Shown here one piece after another: positions 16,591 through 24,777 of a stretch of DNA of 58,220 nt. The stretch lies in assembly GCA_029100885.1 (NCBI GenBank), contig JAQXPY010000042.1, positions 1 to 58,220 of the forward strand, read 5' to 3'. The first letter of the stretch is position 1. Every line of letters begins with the position of its first letter. The DNA is from Clostridiales bacterium (GTDB lineage Bacteria > Bacillota > Clostridia > Lachnospirales > Lachnospiraceae). The translations under genes were made by a program, and so were the position numbers. The notes under the pieces are model-generated. The model was not told the DNA's origin. It searched no databases and saw only the letters and a program-made list of their open reading frames with translations.

Positions 16591-17430
16591 ATGGCAGGAA
16601 AAAAGATGACAGTCATTGACTTTCAGAAGTACAAGGACGAGGGAAAAAAGTTCAGCTTCGTAACAGCATATGACTATACAACAGCTTCTATTATCAATGA
16701 TTCGGATGTTGAGGTCATCCTCGTAGGTGATTCCCTTGGAATGATCATGCTTGGTTATGATTCTACCGTTCCGGTAACACTGGATGATGTTATTCATCAT
16801 GCGAAGCCTGTTGTTAAGGGTGCTCCTGATAAGTTTATTATCGGTGACATGCCGTTCGGCTCATACAATGTCAGCATCGAAGAGGCTATCAGAAATGCAA
16901 ACCGCATGGTCAAGGAGACAGGCTGCGATTGTATTAAGCTGGAGGGAGGCGTTGAGATGGCAGACACCATCCGTGCCCTCGTTAAGGCCGGAATCAATGT
17001 TATGGGTCATATAGGTATGACTCCTCAGACAGCTACCTCCTTCGGCGGCTTCAAGGTTCAGGGAGGAACTCCTGAGTCAGCAAGAAAGCTTATCGAGGAT
17101 GCCAAGGCTCTTCAGGACGCAGGCGTTTTCTCTATCGTAGTCGAGTGTGTTCCGAGCGTTGTTGCCAAGGCTATGCAGGAAGAGGTAAGAGTACCTATAC
17201 TTGGAATCGGTGCCGGTCCTGATGTTGACTGTCAGGTTCTTGTTACACAGGATCTTTTAGGAATGTACGGCGACTTCAAGCCTAAGTTCGTAAAGCAGTT
17301 TGCGCATATCCGTGAGGAGATGGTTAGAGGACTCAACCAGTTCCATGAGGAGACTATCAGCGGAGAGTTCCCGACACCTGAGTTTAGCTTCAACAAGGCT
17401 GTGGATATCCCTAAGGTATATGGCGGCTGA
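16591..17430 (+). CDS. panB: 3-methyl-2-oxobutanoate hydroxymethyltransferase
   Basis: The ATG at 16591 follows AGGAGGA. FSFVTAYDYTTA...VGDSLGM...GDMPFGSY...IKLEGG...GHIGMTPQ are PanB signatures. The ORF-track start at 16564 is probably too far upstream. Confidence 0.9.
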   Translation: MAGKKMTVIDFQKYKDEGKKFSFVTAYDYTTASIINDSDVEVILVGDSLGMIMLGYDSTVPVTLDDVIHHAKPVVKGAPDKFIIGDMPFGSYNVSIEEAIRNANRMVKETGCDCIKLEGGVEMADTIRALVKAGINVMGHIGMTPQTATSFGGFKVQGGTPESARKLIEDAKALQDAGVFSIVVECVPSVVAKAMQEEVRVPILGIGAGPDVDCQVLVTQDLLGMYGDFKPKFVKQFAHIREEMVRGLNQFHEETISGEFPTPEFSFNKAVDIPKVYGG

Positions 17431-17675
17431 TATTAATATTTTGCCGGATTTTTTATTTGAAAACTGCGGCAGCGTGACTATATCCGGGGCTGGGCTTCAG
17501 TCCCGGATGTAGCTGCATAATAGTGCGAGCTCTGAAAGGTATTATTTCGAATGTCTGACCACATTTTTGATAGTCGCAAGCTGTTGTGTCTGTCAGAGCT
17601 GCTGCGAAAAAGCAACATCAAGTAACAGTTCCACAGAAACTGTTGCGGTTTTTAAGAAAAAGGGGATATAAAGAA

Positions 17676-18224
17676 TTGTTAGGGGATAAGGTTAGGGAAG
17701 CCAGAAAGAGCAAGCATATTACGCTTGAACAGCTGGCCGAGGCAAGCGGACTGACTGCAAGTTATATTTCGCAGTTGGAAAGGAATCTGACAGAGCCTTC
17801 TATTTCTTCGCTAAGAAAGATAGCCCAGGAGCTGCAGATGCCGATTTATGCTTTTCTTGAAGAGGAGAGTCCGCAGACATTTGTGATCAGAAGGGGAAGG
17901 AGAAAGTCCCTGAGACTTGAGCAGAGCGGAATAGAGTATGAGTACCTTACTCCTCTGGGTGCAAATCGCAATCCGATGATGGAGATAGTGGAGTTCAAGC
18001 TCAAGCCGGGCAAATGGACAAATGATGACTATCTGCGTCATTCACTTTCCGAGGAGTGCATAGTTGTTCTTGAAGGCGCGCTGACTGTTGACTGCGTGGA
18101 CCAGACTTATATTCTGGAGCAGGGTGACAGCATTTACCTGAACAACAATACACCGCACAATATTTATAATCACACTGATAAAAATGCCGCAGCGCTGTTT
18201 TTTGCAACGCCGCCGGTTTTGTAA
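17676..18224 (+). CDS. XRE-HTH + cupin transcriptional regulator (stand-alone); TTG 17676 preferred, GTG 17586 is an alternative start
   Basis: HTH LGDKVREARKSKHITLEQLAEASGLTASYISQLERN followed by a C-terminal cupin (ECIVVLEGALTVDCVDQTYILEQGDSIYLNNNTPHNIYN). AGGGGA lies 9 nt before the TTG. Confidence 0.75.
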   Translation: MLGDKVREARKSKHITLEQLAEASGLTASYISQLERNLTEPSISSLRKIAQELQMPIYAFLEEESPQTFVIRRGRRKSLRLEQSGIEYEYLTPLGANRNPMMEIVEFKLKPGKWTNDDYLRHSLSEECIVVLEGALTVDCVDQTYILEQGDSIYLNNNTPHNIYNHTDKNAAALFFATPPVL

Positions 18225-18237
18225 GGAGGAAAAAGCA

Positions 18238-19176
18238 ATGAAGATCGGATTTCTCGGTTGCGGAGCTATCGGAAGCATCTATGCAGGTTATCTGACAAAG
18301 GCTCATGAGGTATGCGTGGTTGATACCTTTGCACCGGTCATCGAAGCAGTAAAAAAAGACGGAATTCTTATTGACGAATGTGTACCGGGATCGGGAAGCG
18401 GAGAAACAGTCTCATTCAGACCTGCAATGGCATCTACCGATCCGAAGGAGATTGGAGTTGTAGATATTCTTATCGTCTTTGTAAGATATATGTTCCTTGA
18501 GGCTGCCTGCAGAAATGCACTCCCTATGATAGGACCTGACACTGTGGTAGTAACACTTCAGAACGGTATCGGCAACTATGATGAGATCGCAAAGGTCGTT
18601 CCTGAGGATCAGATCGTAATAGGAAACACAGCCTTCGGCTCCACCGGCTTAGCCCCGGGACATGTAAAGCATACAGGAACCGGAACCACATTCATGGGAA
18701 CTCTTGCAGCGCCTATCGAAAAGGCAGAGAAGGCTGCGGCAGCACTCAGAGAGGCCGGTTTTGAGGTGGTAGTCAAGGAAAATGTTATGGAGGTCATCTG
18801 GCATAAGGCTTTTGCCAATGTTGCTATCAATGCTATTACAGCTCTGATGGATCAGACTAACATTTTCATCAACGACAATCAGTATGCCAGAGAGGCTGCA
18901 AGACTTCTGGTGGAGGAGGCTCTTGATGTTGCCATTGCCAGCGGCTGCAGGTTTGACAGGGAAGCGGAGCTTGCGCATGCCTATGAGATCGCTGTGGCTA
19001 CAGGTACGAACAGATCCTCAACGCTTCAGGATGTTACACACCAGAAGGAGACTGAGATCAGGATCATCAACGGAGCGGTCTCCAGGATCGGACGCCAGTA
19101 CGGGATCCCTACTCCGTATAACGATATGATCTGTCAGCTTATGCTTGCAAAGCAGTCAATTTATCTCGGCAGATAA
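18238..19176 (+). CDS. panE: 2-dehydropantoate 2-reductase (ketopantoate reductase, PanE/ApbA family)
   Basis: The ATG at 18238 follows AAGGAGGA. It has an N-terminal Rossmann fold MKIGFLGCGAIGSIYAG and the C-terminal STLQDV...KETEI motif typical of the family. Confidence 0.85.
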   Translation: MKIGFLGCGAIGSIYAGYLTKAHEVCVVDTFAPVIEAVKKDGILIDECVPGSGSGETVSFRPAMASTDPKEIGVVDILIVFVRYMFLEAACRNALPMIGPDTVVVTLQNGIGNYDEIAKVVPEDQIVIGNTAFGSTGLAPGHVKHTGTGTTFMGTLAAPIEKAEKAAAALREAGFEVVVKENVMEVIWHKAFANVAINAITALMDQTNIFINDNQYAREAARLLVEEALDVAIASGCRFDREAELAHAYEIAVATGTNRSSTLQDVTHQKETEIRIINGAVSRIGRQYGIPTPYNDMICQLMLAKQSIYLGR

Positions 19177-19285
19177 TTGTAATAACACAGACTGCCGGTC
19201 TCTTCGCGCCCATACCTGCTGCAGGTCAGCCGGCACGAAGAGACGCGGTCACTGATTTACTTCATTTACGGAGGATTATTAAATC

Positions 19286-20812
19286 ATGTTTCAGATCATG
19301 AGTGCCAGAGAGGCAGTGAGCCTCATCAAGGACGGCGATGTAATCGGTCTTAATTCATTCGTAGGTATTGCGAATCCTGAAAAGATTCATGATGCGATCA
19401 CCGAGAGCTTCAGAGAAACAGGCTCACCGAAGAATCTGACCCTCGTATCCGCTTCCGGTTTCGGAACCTTTGATCCAAACAGAAGTGCGGAAAACTATAT
19501 CCGTGAAGGAGCTGTAAGCAGGATCATCTGCGGCCATTACGGAGCAATGCCAAGCACAAAGAGGCTGGTTCTGGAGGACAAATTTGAGGCTTATAACATA
19601 CCTCTAGGTCCGATGTCCCATACCATGCGTGCCCAGGCAGGCGGACATGACGGCTATCTCAGCAAGGTAGGCCTCGGGATTTTTGTGGATCCGAGAGTGG
19701 AGGGTCCGGGACTCAACAGCATTTCCCGGGACAAATCCCTTGTCAAGGTTGTTGATGTGGACGGAGAGGAGTATCTTCAGTACAGACTTCCTGCATTTAA
19801 TGTAGCCATAATCAAGGCCAGCAGCGTGGACGCATACGGAAATATTTCCTTTGAGGACGAGTACTGTACGATTGATGCTCTTTCCATTGCTCAGCTCACA
19901 AAGCGAAACAAGGGAAAGGTAATAGTTCAGGTCGACAGGGTAAAGCATGATTTCAGCAGACCGAGGGATGTCATCATTCCGGCTGTATTCGTGGATGCGG
20001 TAGTGGTATGTGAGCCTGAGACCTCCAGCGATGCCAACGGAACACTTTCAGGAAACATTCATGTTCCGTCAACTCATATGCAGTATTGGTACAGAAGGCT
20101 TTCCGATCAGAATGCCAAGAGCGGAAAAGCAAGAAGTGATTTTTCGGCTGATATTATCGGCAGAAGAGCGGCGAAGGAGCTGAAGAGGGGAGACATCGTT
20201 AATATCGGTGTAGGTATCCCTGAGATGGTCAGCAAATATGCAGCTGCAGGAGGTATCCTTCAGGATCTTACACTTTCTGTTGAGTCAGGAGGAACAGGCG
20301 GTCTTCCTGCCGGCGGACTTGACTTCGGAGCAATGATAGGCGCAGGAACCATCTGTGATATGGCGAACCAGTTTGATTTTTATGACGGAGGCGGTCTTGA
20401 TATCTGCTTCATGGGCGGTTTAGAGATGGACAGGTTCGGAAATGTCAACTCACACAGAGGCGCTGATCAGGTCTCCGGTATCGGCGGCTTCGGAAATATT
20501 ACTGCTGCGACTCGCAATGTGGTCTTCTGCTTTACCTTCAATACAAAGGGACTTAATGTTACCGAGGAGAACGGAAAAGTTGTGATCAATTCCGAGGGAA
20601 GCATTCCAAAGCTTGTTGAGAAGGTCAGAAGCATCAGCTTTTCCGGAGAGAGAGCCATTAAGAACGGACAGCATGTTATCTATGTAACGGAGCGATGCGT
20701 ATTTGAGCTGAAGCCGGAGGGTCTGACGCTTATTGAGGTGTATCCGGGCATAGATGCACAGAAGGATATCTTTGACAGGCTTCCTTTCAAGGTAATTGAC
20801 GGCAGACAGTGA
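19286..20812 (+). CDS. Family-I acyl-CoA:carboxylate CoA-transferase (YdiF/propionate CoA-transferase type)
   Basis: N-terminus SAREAVSLIKDGDVIGLNSF and a central LSVESGGTGG (catalytic Glu region). Single-chain fused A/B architecture of about 510 aa. Confidence 0.85.
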   Translation: MFQIMSAREAVSLIKDGDVIGLNSFVGIANPEKIHDAITESFRETGSPKNLTLVSASGFGTFDPNRSAENYIREGAVSRIICGHYGAMPSTKRLVLEDKFEAYNIPLGPMSHTMRAQAGGHDGYLSKVGLGIFVDPRVEGPGLNSISRDKSLVKVVDVDGEEYLQYRLPAFNVAIIKASSVDAYGNISFEDEYCTIDALSIAQLTKRNKGKVIVQVDRVKHDFSRPRDVIIPAVFVDAVVVCEPETSSDANGTLSGNIHVPSTHMQYWYRRLSDQNAKSGKARSDFSADIIGRRAAKELKRGDIVNIGVGIPEMVSKYAAAGGILQDLTLSVESGGTGGLPAGGLDFGAMIGAGTICDMANQFDFYDGGGLDICFMGGLEMDRFGNVNSHRGADQVSGIGGFGNITAATRNVVFCFTFNTKGLNVTEENGKVVINSEGSIPKLVEKVRSISFSGERAIKNGQHVIYVTERCVFELKPEGLTLIEVYPGIDAQKDIFDRLPFKVIDGRQ

Positions 20813-20924
20813 TGCTGCCGATGCCGGATATCGCCGGTGATAACGGCAGGAGCAATAATGCTTAGTCTATCGGCCGTCCGACAGTGCTGGATTTGTCAAA
20901 TTCAATAAAAATATGATTTTTTTC

Positions 20925-20952
20925 TTGACAATTCTTCCTCGGATACTATAAT
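20925..20952 (+). promoter_or_regulatory. Promoter of the ilvE leader (TTGACA-16 nt-TATAAT)
   Basis: TTGACA at 20925-20930 and TATAAT at 20947-20952. Confidence 0.55.
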
Positions 20953-20990
20953 GAAAAACAAGTTTTAGTAAGCGGTTCAAGGAGAAAACA

Positions 20991-21062
20991 GTGAGTAGAT
21001 TATTTACTGCAAACATCATTATCGTCGTGAAGGGTGTCGTGATCGAGACTCTTAATTCGTAA
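20991..21062 (+). CDS. Leader peptide of the ilvE attenuator, 23 codons: (M)SRLFTANIIIVVKGVVIETLNS
   Basis: GTG start 6 nt after AAGGAGA (20979-20985). Eight of the 23 codons are Ile or Val (4 each), in two runs (III-VV and VVI), and there are 2 Leu codons. The TAA stop is at 21060-21062, just before segment 2 of the attenuator. Confidence 0.6.
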   Translation: MSRLFTANIIIVVKGVVIETLNS

Positions 21063-21133
21063 GCAATGGAAACGACGATACCGCTATAAATGTATTTTAT
21101 GACCTCGTTTCCGCAACGAGGTCTTTTCATTTT
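21020..21133 (+). promoter_or_regulatory. Four-segment transcription attenuator (1:2, 2:3 anti-terminator, 3:4 terminator) upstream of ilvE
   Basis: Segment 1 UAUCGUCGU (21020-21028, the Ile/Val codons) is perfectly complementary to ACGACGAUA (21072-21080). GGAAACGA (21068-21075) is perfectly complementary to UCGUUUCC (21105-21112). The terminator is GACCUCGUU (21101-21109) / AACGAGGUC (21115-21123) followed by UUUUCAUUUU. Confidence 0.65.
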
Positions 21134-21154
21134 CAAGAGAGGAAGGAAATCATC

Positions 21155-22225
21155 ATGGAAATTAAAATCACAAGAACAGAAAATCCCGGACAGAAGCCTG
21201 CAGATGAGTCAAAGCTCGGCTTCGGTAAGATCTTTACAGATCATATGTTCATCTATGACTGGGACGATCAGATCGGTTGGCACGATGCCAGAATAGTACC
21301 TTTCGGAAGCCTTGAGCTTCATCCGGCAGCTACTGTATTCCATTATGCTCTCGAGGTTTTTGAGGGACTTAAGGCATACAGAACAGCTGATGGAACAGTA
21401 CAGCTTTTCAGACCTGACGAGAACGCAAAGCGTATGATCAATTCAGCAGAGAGAATCGGCCTTCCTCCTGTCCCTGTTGATGATTTCGTACAGGCTGTCA
21501 AGACACTTATTTCCGTTGACAAGGACTGGTGTCCGCATTCAGACGGATGTTCTCTGTATATCAGACCGTTCCTGTTCGGTACCGATGCCAGCGTAGGACT
21601 TCATACTCTTCATTCAGCTAAGTTTGTAATTATCGTGGCTCCGTCAGGCGCTTATTACGCAAACGGAATCAATCCTGTTGACATCATGATCGAGACAGAG
21701 GATGTAAGAGCTGTAAGAGGCGGTACAGGATACACAAAGTGCGGAGGAAACTACGCGGCTGCCCAGAGAGCAACAGTTGAGGCCGAGAAGAAGGGCTTCT
21801 CTCAGGTACTGTGGCTGGACGGAGTTGAGCGTAAGTATATTGAAGAAGTAGGTTCCATGAACATTATGTTCAAGATCGACGGAAAAGTGGTTACTCCGAG
21901 CATCGAGGAGAAGACGGTTCTTCCGGGCATTACCAGAAAGAGTATGCTGGAGGTGCTTCGCGACAGGGGATTTGCTGTTGAGGAGCGCAAGATCAGTATT
22001 GAAGAGATCGAAGAGGCTGCCAAGGCAGGAAAGTTAGAGGAGGCCTGGGGTACAGGCACGGCTGCTGTCGTTTCTCCTGTAGGAAGACTTCAGATAGACG
22101 GTGTTGATTATATTATCAATAACGGAAAGATAGGCGAAGTTACACATATGCTTTACAATACACTTACGGGTATTCAGTGGGGCAAGATCGAAGATACGTA
22201 CGGCTGGACAGTAAAGGTTGACTGA
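21155..22225 (+). CDS. ilvE: Branched-chain amino acid aminotransferase
   Basis: FGKIFTDHMF...FHYALEVFEGLKAYR...GGTGYTKCGGNYAA...PGITRKS...GTGTAAVVSPV are class-IV BCAT signatures. Confidence 0.92.
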   Translation: MEIKITRTENPGQKPADESKLGFGKIFTDHMFIYDWDDQIGWHDARIVPFGSLELHPAATVFHYALEVFEGLKAYRTADGTVQLFRPDENAKRMINSAERIGLPPVPVDDFVQAVKTLISVDKDWCPHSDGCSLYIRPFLFGTDASVGLHTLHSAKFVIIVAPSGAYYANGINPVDIMIETEDVRAVRGGTGYTKCGGNYAAAQRATVEAEKKGFSQVLWLDGVERKYIEEVGSMNIMFKIDGKVVTPSIEEKTVLPGITRKSMLEVLRDRGFAVEERKISIEEIEEAAKAGKLEEAWGTGTAAVVSPVGRLQIDGVDYIINNGKIGEVTHMLYNTLTGIQWGKIEDTYGWTVKVD

Positions 22226-22258
22226 TCTTTATTATTTTTATATAGTAATTACAAAAAT

Positions 22259-22296
22259 GAGGCGGGCAGTATTGATCCGCCTCCTTCTGTATTTTT
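22259..22296 (+). terminator. Probable ilvE terminator
   Basis: GAGGCGG(11-nt loop)CCGCCTC hairpin at 22259-22283 followed by a T-rich tract (ctgtattttt). Confidence 0.45.
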
Positions 22297-22329
22297 CAGA
22301 CGTCCCCTAAGGAGAAAGGAACGAATAAT

Positions 22330-22602
22330 ATGGATAAAATGATCATAACAGTAGTCGGCAAAGACACCATAGGCATTATCGCAAAGGTCTGCACGTATCT
22401 TTCAGACAATAATATCAACATCCTCGACATTTCGCAGACTATCGTTGACGAGTTTTTCAATATGATCGTTATCGCCGATATGTCGAAAAGCACCCGCGAA
22501 TTTGCTGCTATTGCCGATGAGCTGAGAAAGCTGGGAGAGGATATGGGTCTTCGCATTCTGGCACAGAAGGAAGAGATCTTTACAAAGATGCACAGAATCT
22601 GA
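22330..22602 (+). CDS. ACT-domain protein (UPF0237 family)
   Basis: [34 protein letters not shown] is an ACT fold signature. It is paired with the downstream UPF0210 gene, as is usual. Confidence 0.85.
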   Translation: MDKMIITVVGKDTIGIIAKVCTYLSDNNINILDISQTIVDEFFNMIVIADMSKSTREFAAIADELRKLGEDMGLRILAQKEEIFTKMHRI

Positions 22603-22619
22603 GACGGAAGGGTATTAAA

Positions 22620-23984
22620 ATGATCAGTATTAATGAGGTTCTTGAAACCAATAAGATGATAGAAAGAGATCTTCTTGATGTCCGTACTATTACTCTCGGT
22701 ATCAGTCTTCTGGACTGTGCGGATACGGATCTTCATAGACTCAATGAAAATATCTACAATAAGATAACACGTTTGGGCAGGGATCTGGTCAGAACCGGTG
22801 ATGAGATTGCCGGTGATTTCGGTATTCCTATAGTAAACAAGCGTGTTTCGGTCACACCGGTCGCTCTGGTGGGCGCAGGAGCCTGCAGGTGCGCGGATGA
22901 TTTTGTATCTGTCGCAAAGACTCTCGACAGAGCGGCAAAGGCAATTGGGATCAACTTCCTCGGAGGATATTCTGCACTTGTCAACAAGGGAATGACCGAA
23001 GCCGACAGGCTGCTGATAGAGTCCATACCACGGGCTCTTTCAGAGACGGATTTTGTCTGCTCCTCCGTAAATGTAGGCTCCACAAAGACAGGTATCGATA
23101 TGGATGCGGTAAGACTGATGGGAAAGGTCATCAAACAGACCTCAGAACTTACGGCTGACAGGGATTCGATCGGATGTGCCAAGCTGGTAGTATTTTGTAA
23201 TGCACCTGATGACAATCCGTTTATGGCGGGAGCCTTTCACGGAGTTACCGAGGGAGATGCGGTGATAAATGTAGGAGTCAGCGGACCGGGAGTTGTCAAG
23301 GCAGCCCTTTCCAAGGTCAGAGGAGAGAGCTTTGAGGTGCTGTGCGAGACTATAAAAAAGACGGCCTTCAAGGTTACAAGAGTCGGACAGCTCGTTGCTA
23401 AGGAGGCGGCTTCCAGATTAAATGTCCCGTTCGGTATCGTAGACCTGTCACTGGCTCCTACTCCGGCGGTAGGAGATTCGGTCGCGGAGATTCTTGAGGA
23501 GATAGGTCTGGAGAGGACAGGCGCGCCGGGAACTACAGCAGCGCTTGCCATACTTAACGATCAGGTCAAGAAGGGCGGAGTCATGGCATCCTCATATGTA
23601 GGAGGGCTTTCGGGGGCATTTATTCCGGTAAGTGAGGATCAGAGCATGATAGATGCTGTTGAGGCCGGTGCATTGAGCCTGGAGAAGCTGGAGGCCATGA
23701 CCTGTGTATGCTCAGTCGGTCTTGATATGATAGCGATCCCGGGTGATACCTCCGCAGCCACGATATCCGGCATTATTGCCGACGAGGCAGCTATAGGCAT
23801 GATCAATCAGAAAACAACCGCTGTCAGACTTATACCTGTTGCGGGAAAGAATGTTGGTGATAAGGCTGTGTTCGGCGGTCTGCTTGGATATGCTCCTATT
23901 ATGGCAGTAAACAGCTTTTCCTGTGAGGCTTTTGTTAACAGAAAGGGCAGGATCCCTGCACCGATCCACAGCTTTAAAAACTGA
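22620..23984 (+). CDS. UPF0210/DUF711 'PFL-like' family protein
   Basis: [13 protein letters not shown]..., a conserved C-terminus ...[11 protein letters not shown] and a length of about 450 aa are typical of the family. Confidence 0.85.
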   Translation: MISINEVLETNKMIERDLLDVRTITLGISLLDCADTDLHRLNENIYNKITRLGRDLVRTGDEIAGDFGIPIVNKRVSVTPVALVGAGACRCADDFVSVAKTLDRAAKAIGINFLGGYSALVNKGMTEADRLLIESIPRALSETDFVCSSVNVGSTKTGIDMDAVRLMGKVIKQTSELTADRDSIGCAKLVVFCNAPDDNPFMAGAFHGVTEGDAVINVGVSGPGVVKAALSKVRGESFEVLCETIKKTAFKVTRVGQLVAKEAASRLNVPFGIVDLSLAPTPAVGDSVAEILEEIGLERTGAPGTTAALAILNDQVKKGGVMASSYVGGLSGAFIPVSEDQSMIDAVEAGALSLEKLEAMTCVCSVGLDMIAIPGDTSAATISGIIADEAAIGMINQKTTAVRLIPVAGKNVGDKAVFGGLLGYAPIMAVNSFSCEAFVNRKGRIPAPIHSFKN

Positions 23985-23985
23985 T

Positions 23986-24777
23986 ATGGCAGGGCTGGCA
24001 TTTTTTGATCTGGACGGAACCCTGCTGGATAACGACAGAGACATCATTCCCGAAAGCTCGCTAAAGGCTTTGGAGCTTCTGAGAAGAGGCGGATGGAGAA
24101 TAGTATTGTCCACCGGCAGGGATATGGATACTCATTACAGTATAAGATATCGTAGTATTGTCAGACCGGATGCGGTGATACATCAGAACGGCGGCAAGGT
24201 AACGGTGGGCGATAAGCTGTTGTATAAGCATGTTATGGATAAGAAGCTGCTGTCAGAGATCCTTTCCTTTTGCAGGGAAAAGGGCTTCTGTATGGGAAGC
24301 TCTGTGGGAGATAAGGATTATTTTATCAATCCTGAAAAGAAAACTGCCGCAGACAGAGCCTATAACCGCTTTATAGAGAGACATTTCGTTCCCTTTGAAG
24401 GACTTCTTGATCCGGATATAGAGGTGGTAGGATTATCCTTTGCCGGAAATATACAGGAAGAAAAGCCTCAGATCGAAAAGCATTTCCCTCAGCTTGAGCT
24501 GTTTGCATTCAGCAGCAATGCCGGAGCGGATGTAGTAGAACGTGGTTTCTCCAAGGCTGAGGGAATGAAGAGGCTATGCAGCTATTATGATGCTGAGGGA
24601 GAACAGACTGTGGCCTTTGGGGATTCACCCAACGATATAGCTCTTCTTAAAGCGGCAGACATCGGAGTTGCCATGGGAAATGCGGATGAAGCTGTAAAGC
24701 GTGCTGCGGATCATGTTACGGATGATATAAGACATGACGGAATTTTTAATGCATGCAGATATTTGGGAATGATATGA
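23986..24777 (+). CDS. Cof-type HAD-IIB phosphatase
   Basis: The start at 23986 gives MAGLAFFDLDGTLL (HAD motif I). Also present are STGR (motif II) and GDSPNDIALLKAADIGVAMGNA (motifs III/IV). Confidence 0.8.
   Translation: MAGLAFFDLDGTLLDNDRDIIPESSLKALELLRRGGWRIVLSTGRDMDTHYSIRYRSIVRPDAVIHQNGGKVTVGDKLLYKHVMDKKLLSEILSFCREKGFCMGSSVGDKDYFINPEKKTAADRAYNRFIERHFVPFEGLLDPDIEVVGLSFAGNIQEEKPQIEKHFPQLELFAFSSNAGADVVERGFSKAEGMKRLCSYYDAEGEQTVAFGDSPNDIALLKAADIGVAMGNADEAVKRAADHVTDDIRHDGIFNACRYLGMI

Noticed and set aside
19177-19285. Hairpin GTCTCTTCG...CGAAGAGAC between panE and the CoA-transferase gene as a possible riboswitch or terminator
   Set aside because: The 9-bp stem has a 29-nt loop, no U-tract and no recognisable riboswitch motif. 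The region is too short (about 60 nt) for a known aptamer. It is most likely just an intercistronic stem-loop.
20951-20968. Mini-ORF ATGAAAAACAAGTTTTAG (MKNKF) as an alternative ilvE leader peptide
   Set aside because: It overlaps the -10 hexamer, so it is probably not fully transcribed. It has no RBS and no regulatory (Ile/Val/Leu) codons. The GTG-initiated 23-codon ORF at 20991 fits attenuation geometry far better.
22330-23984. ACT-domain (UPF0237) + UPF0210/DUF711 gene pair as a candidate novel system
   Set aside because: It is a widespread, already catalogued conserved pair of unknown function. Nothing in this copy (size, motifs, context) is unusual.
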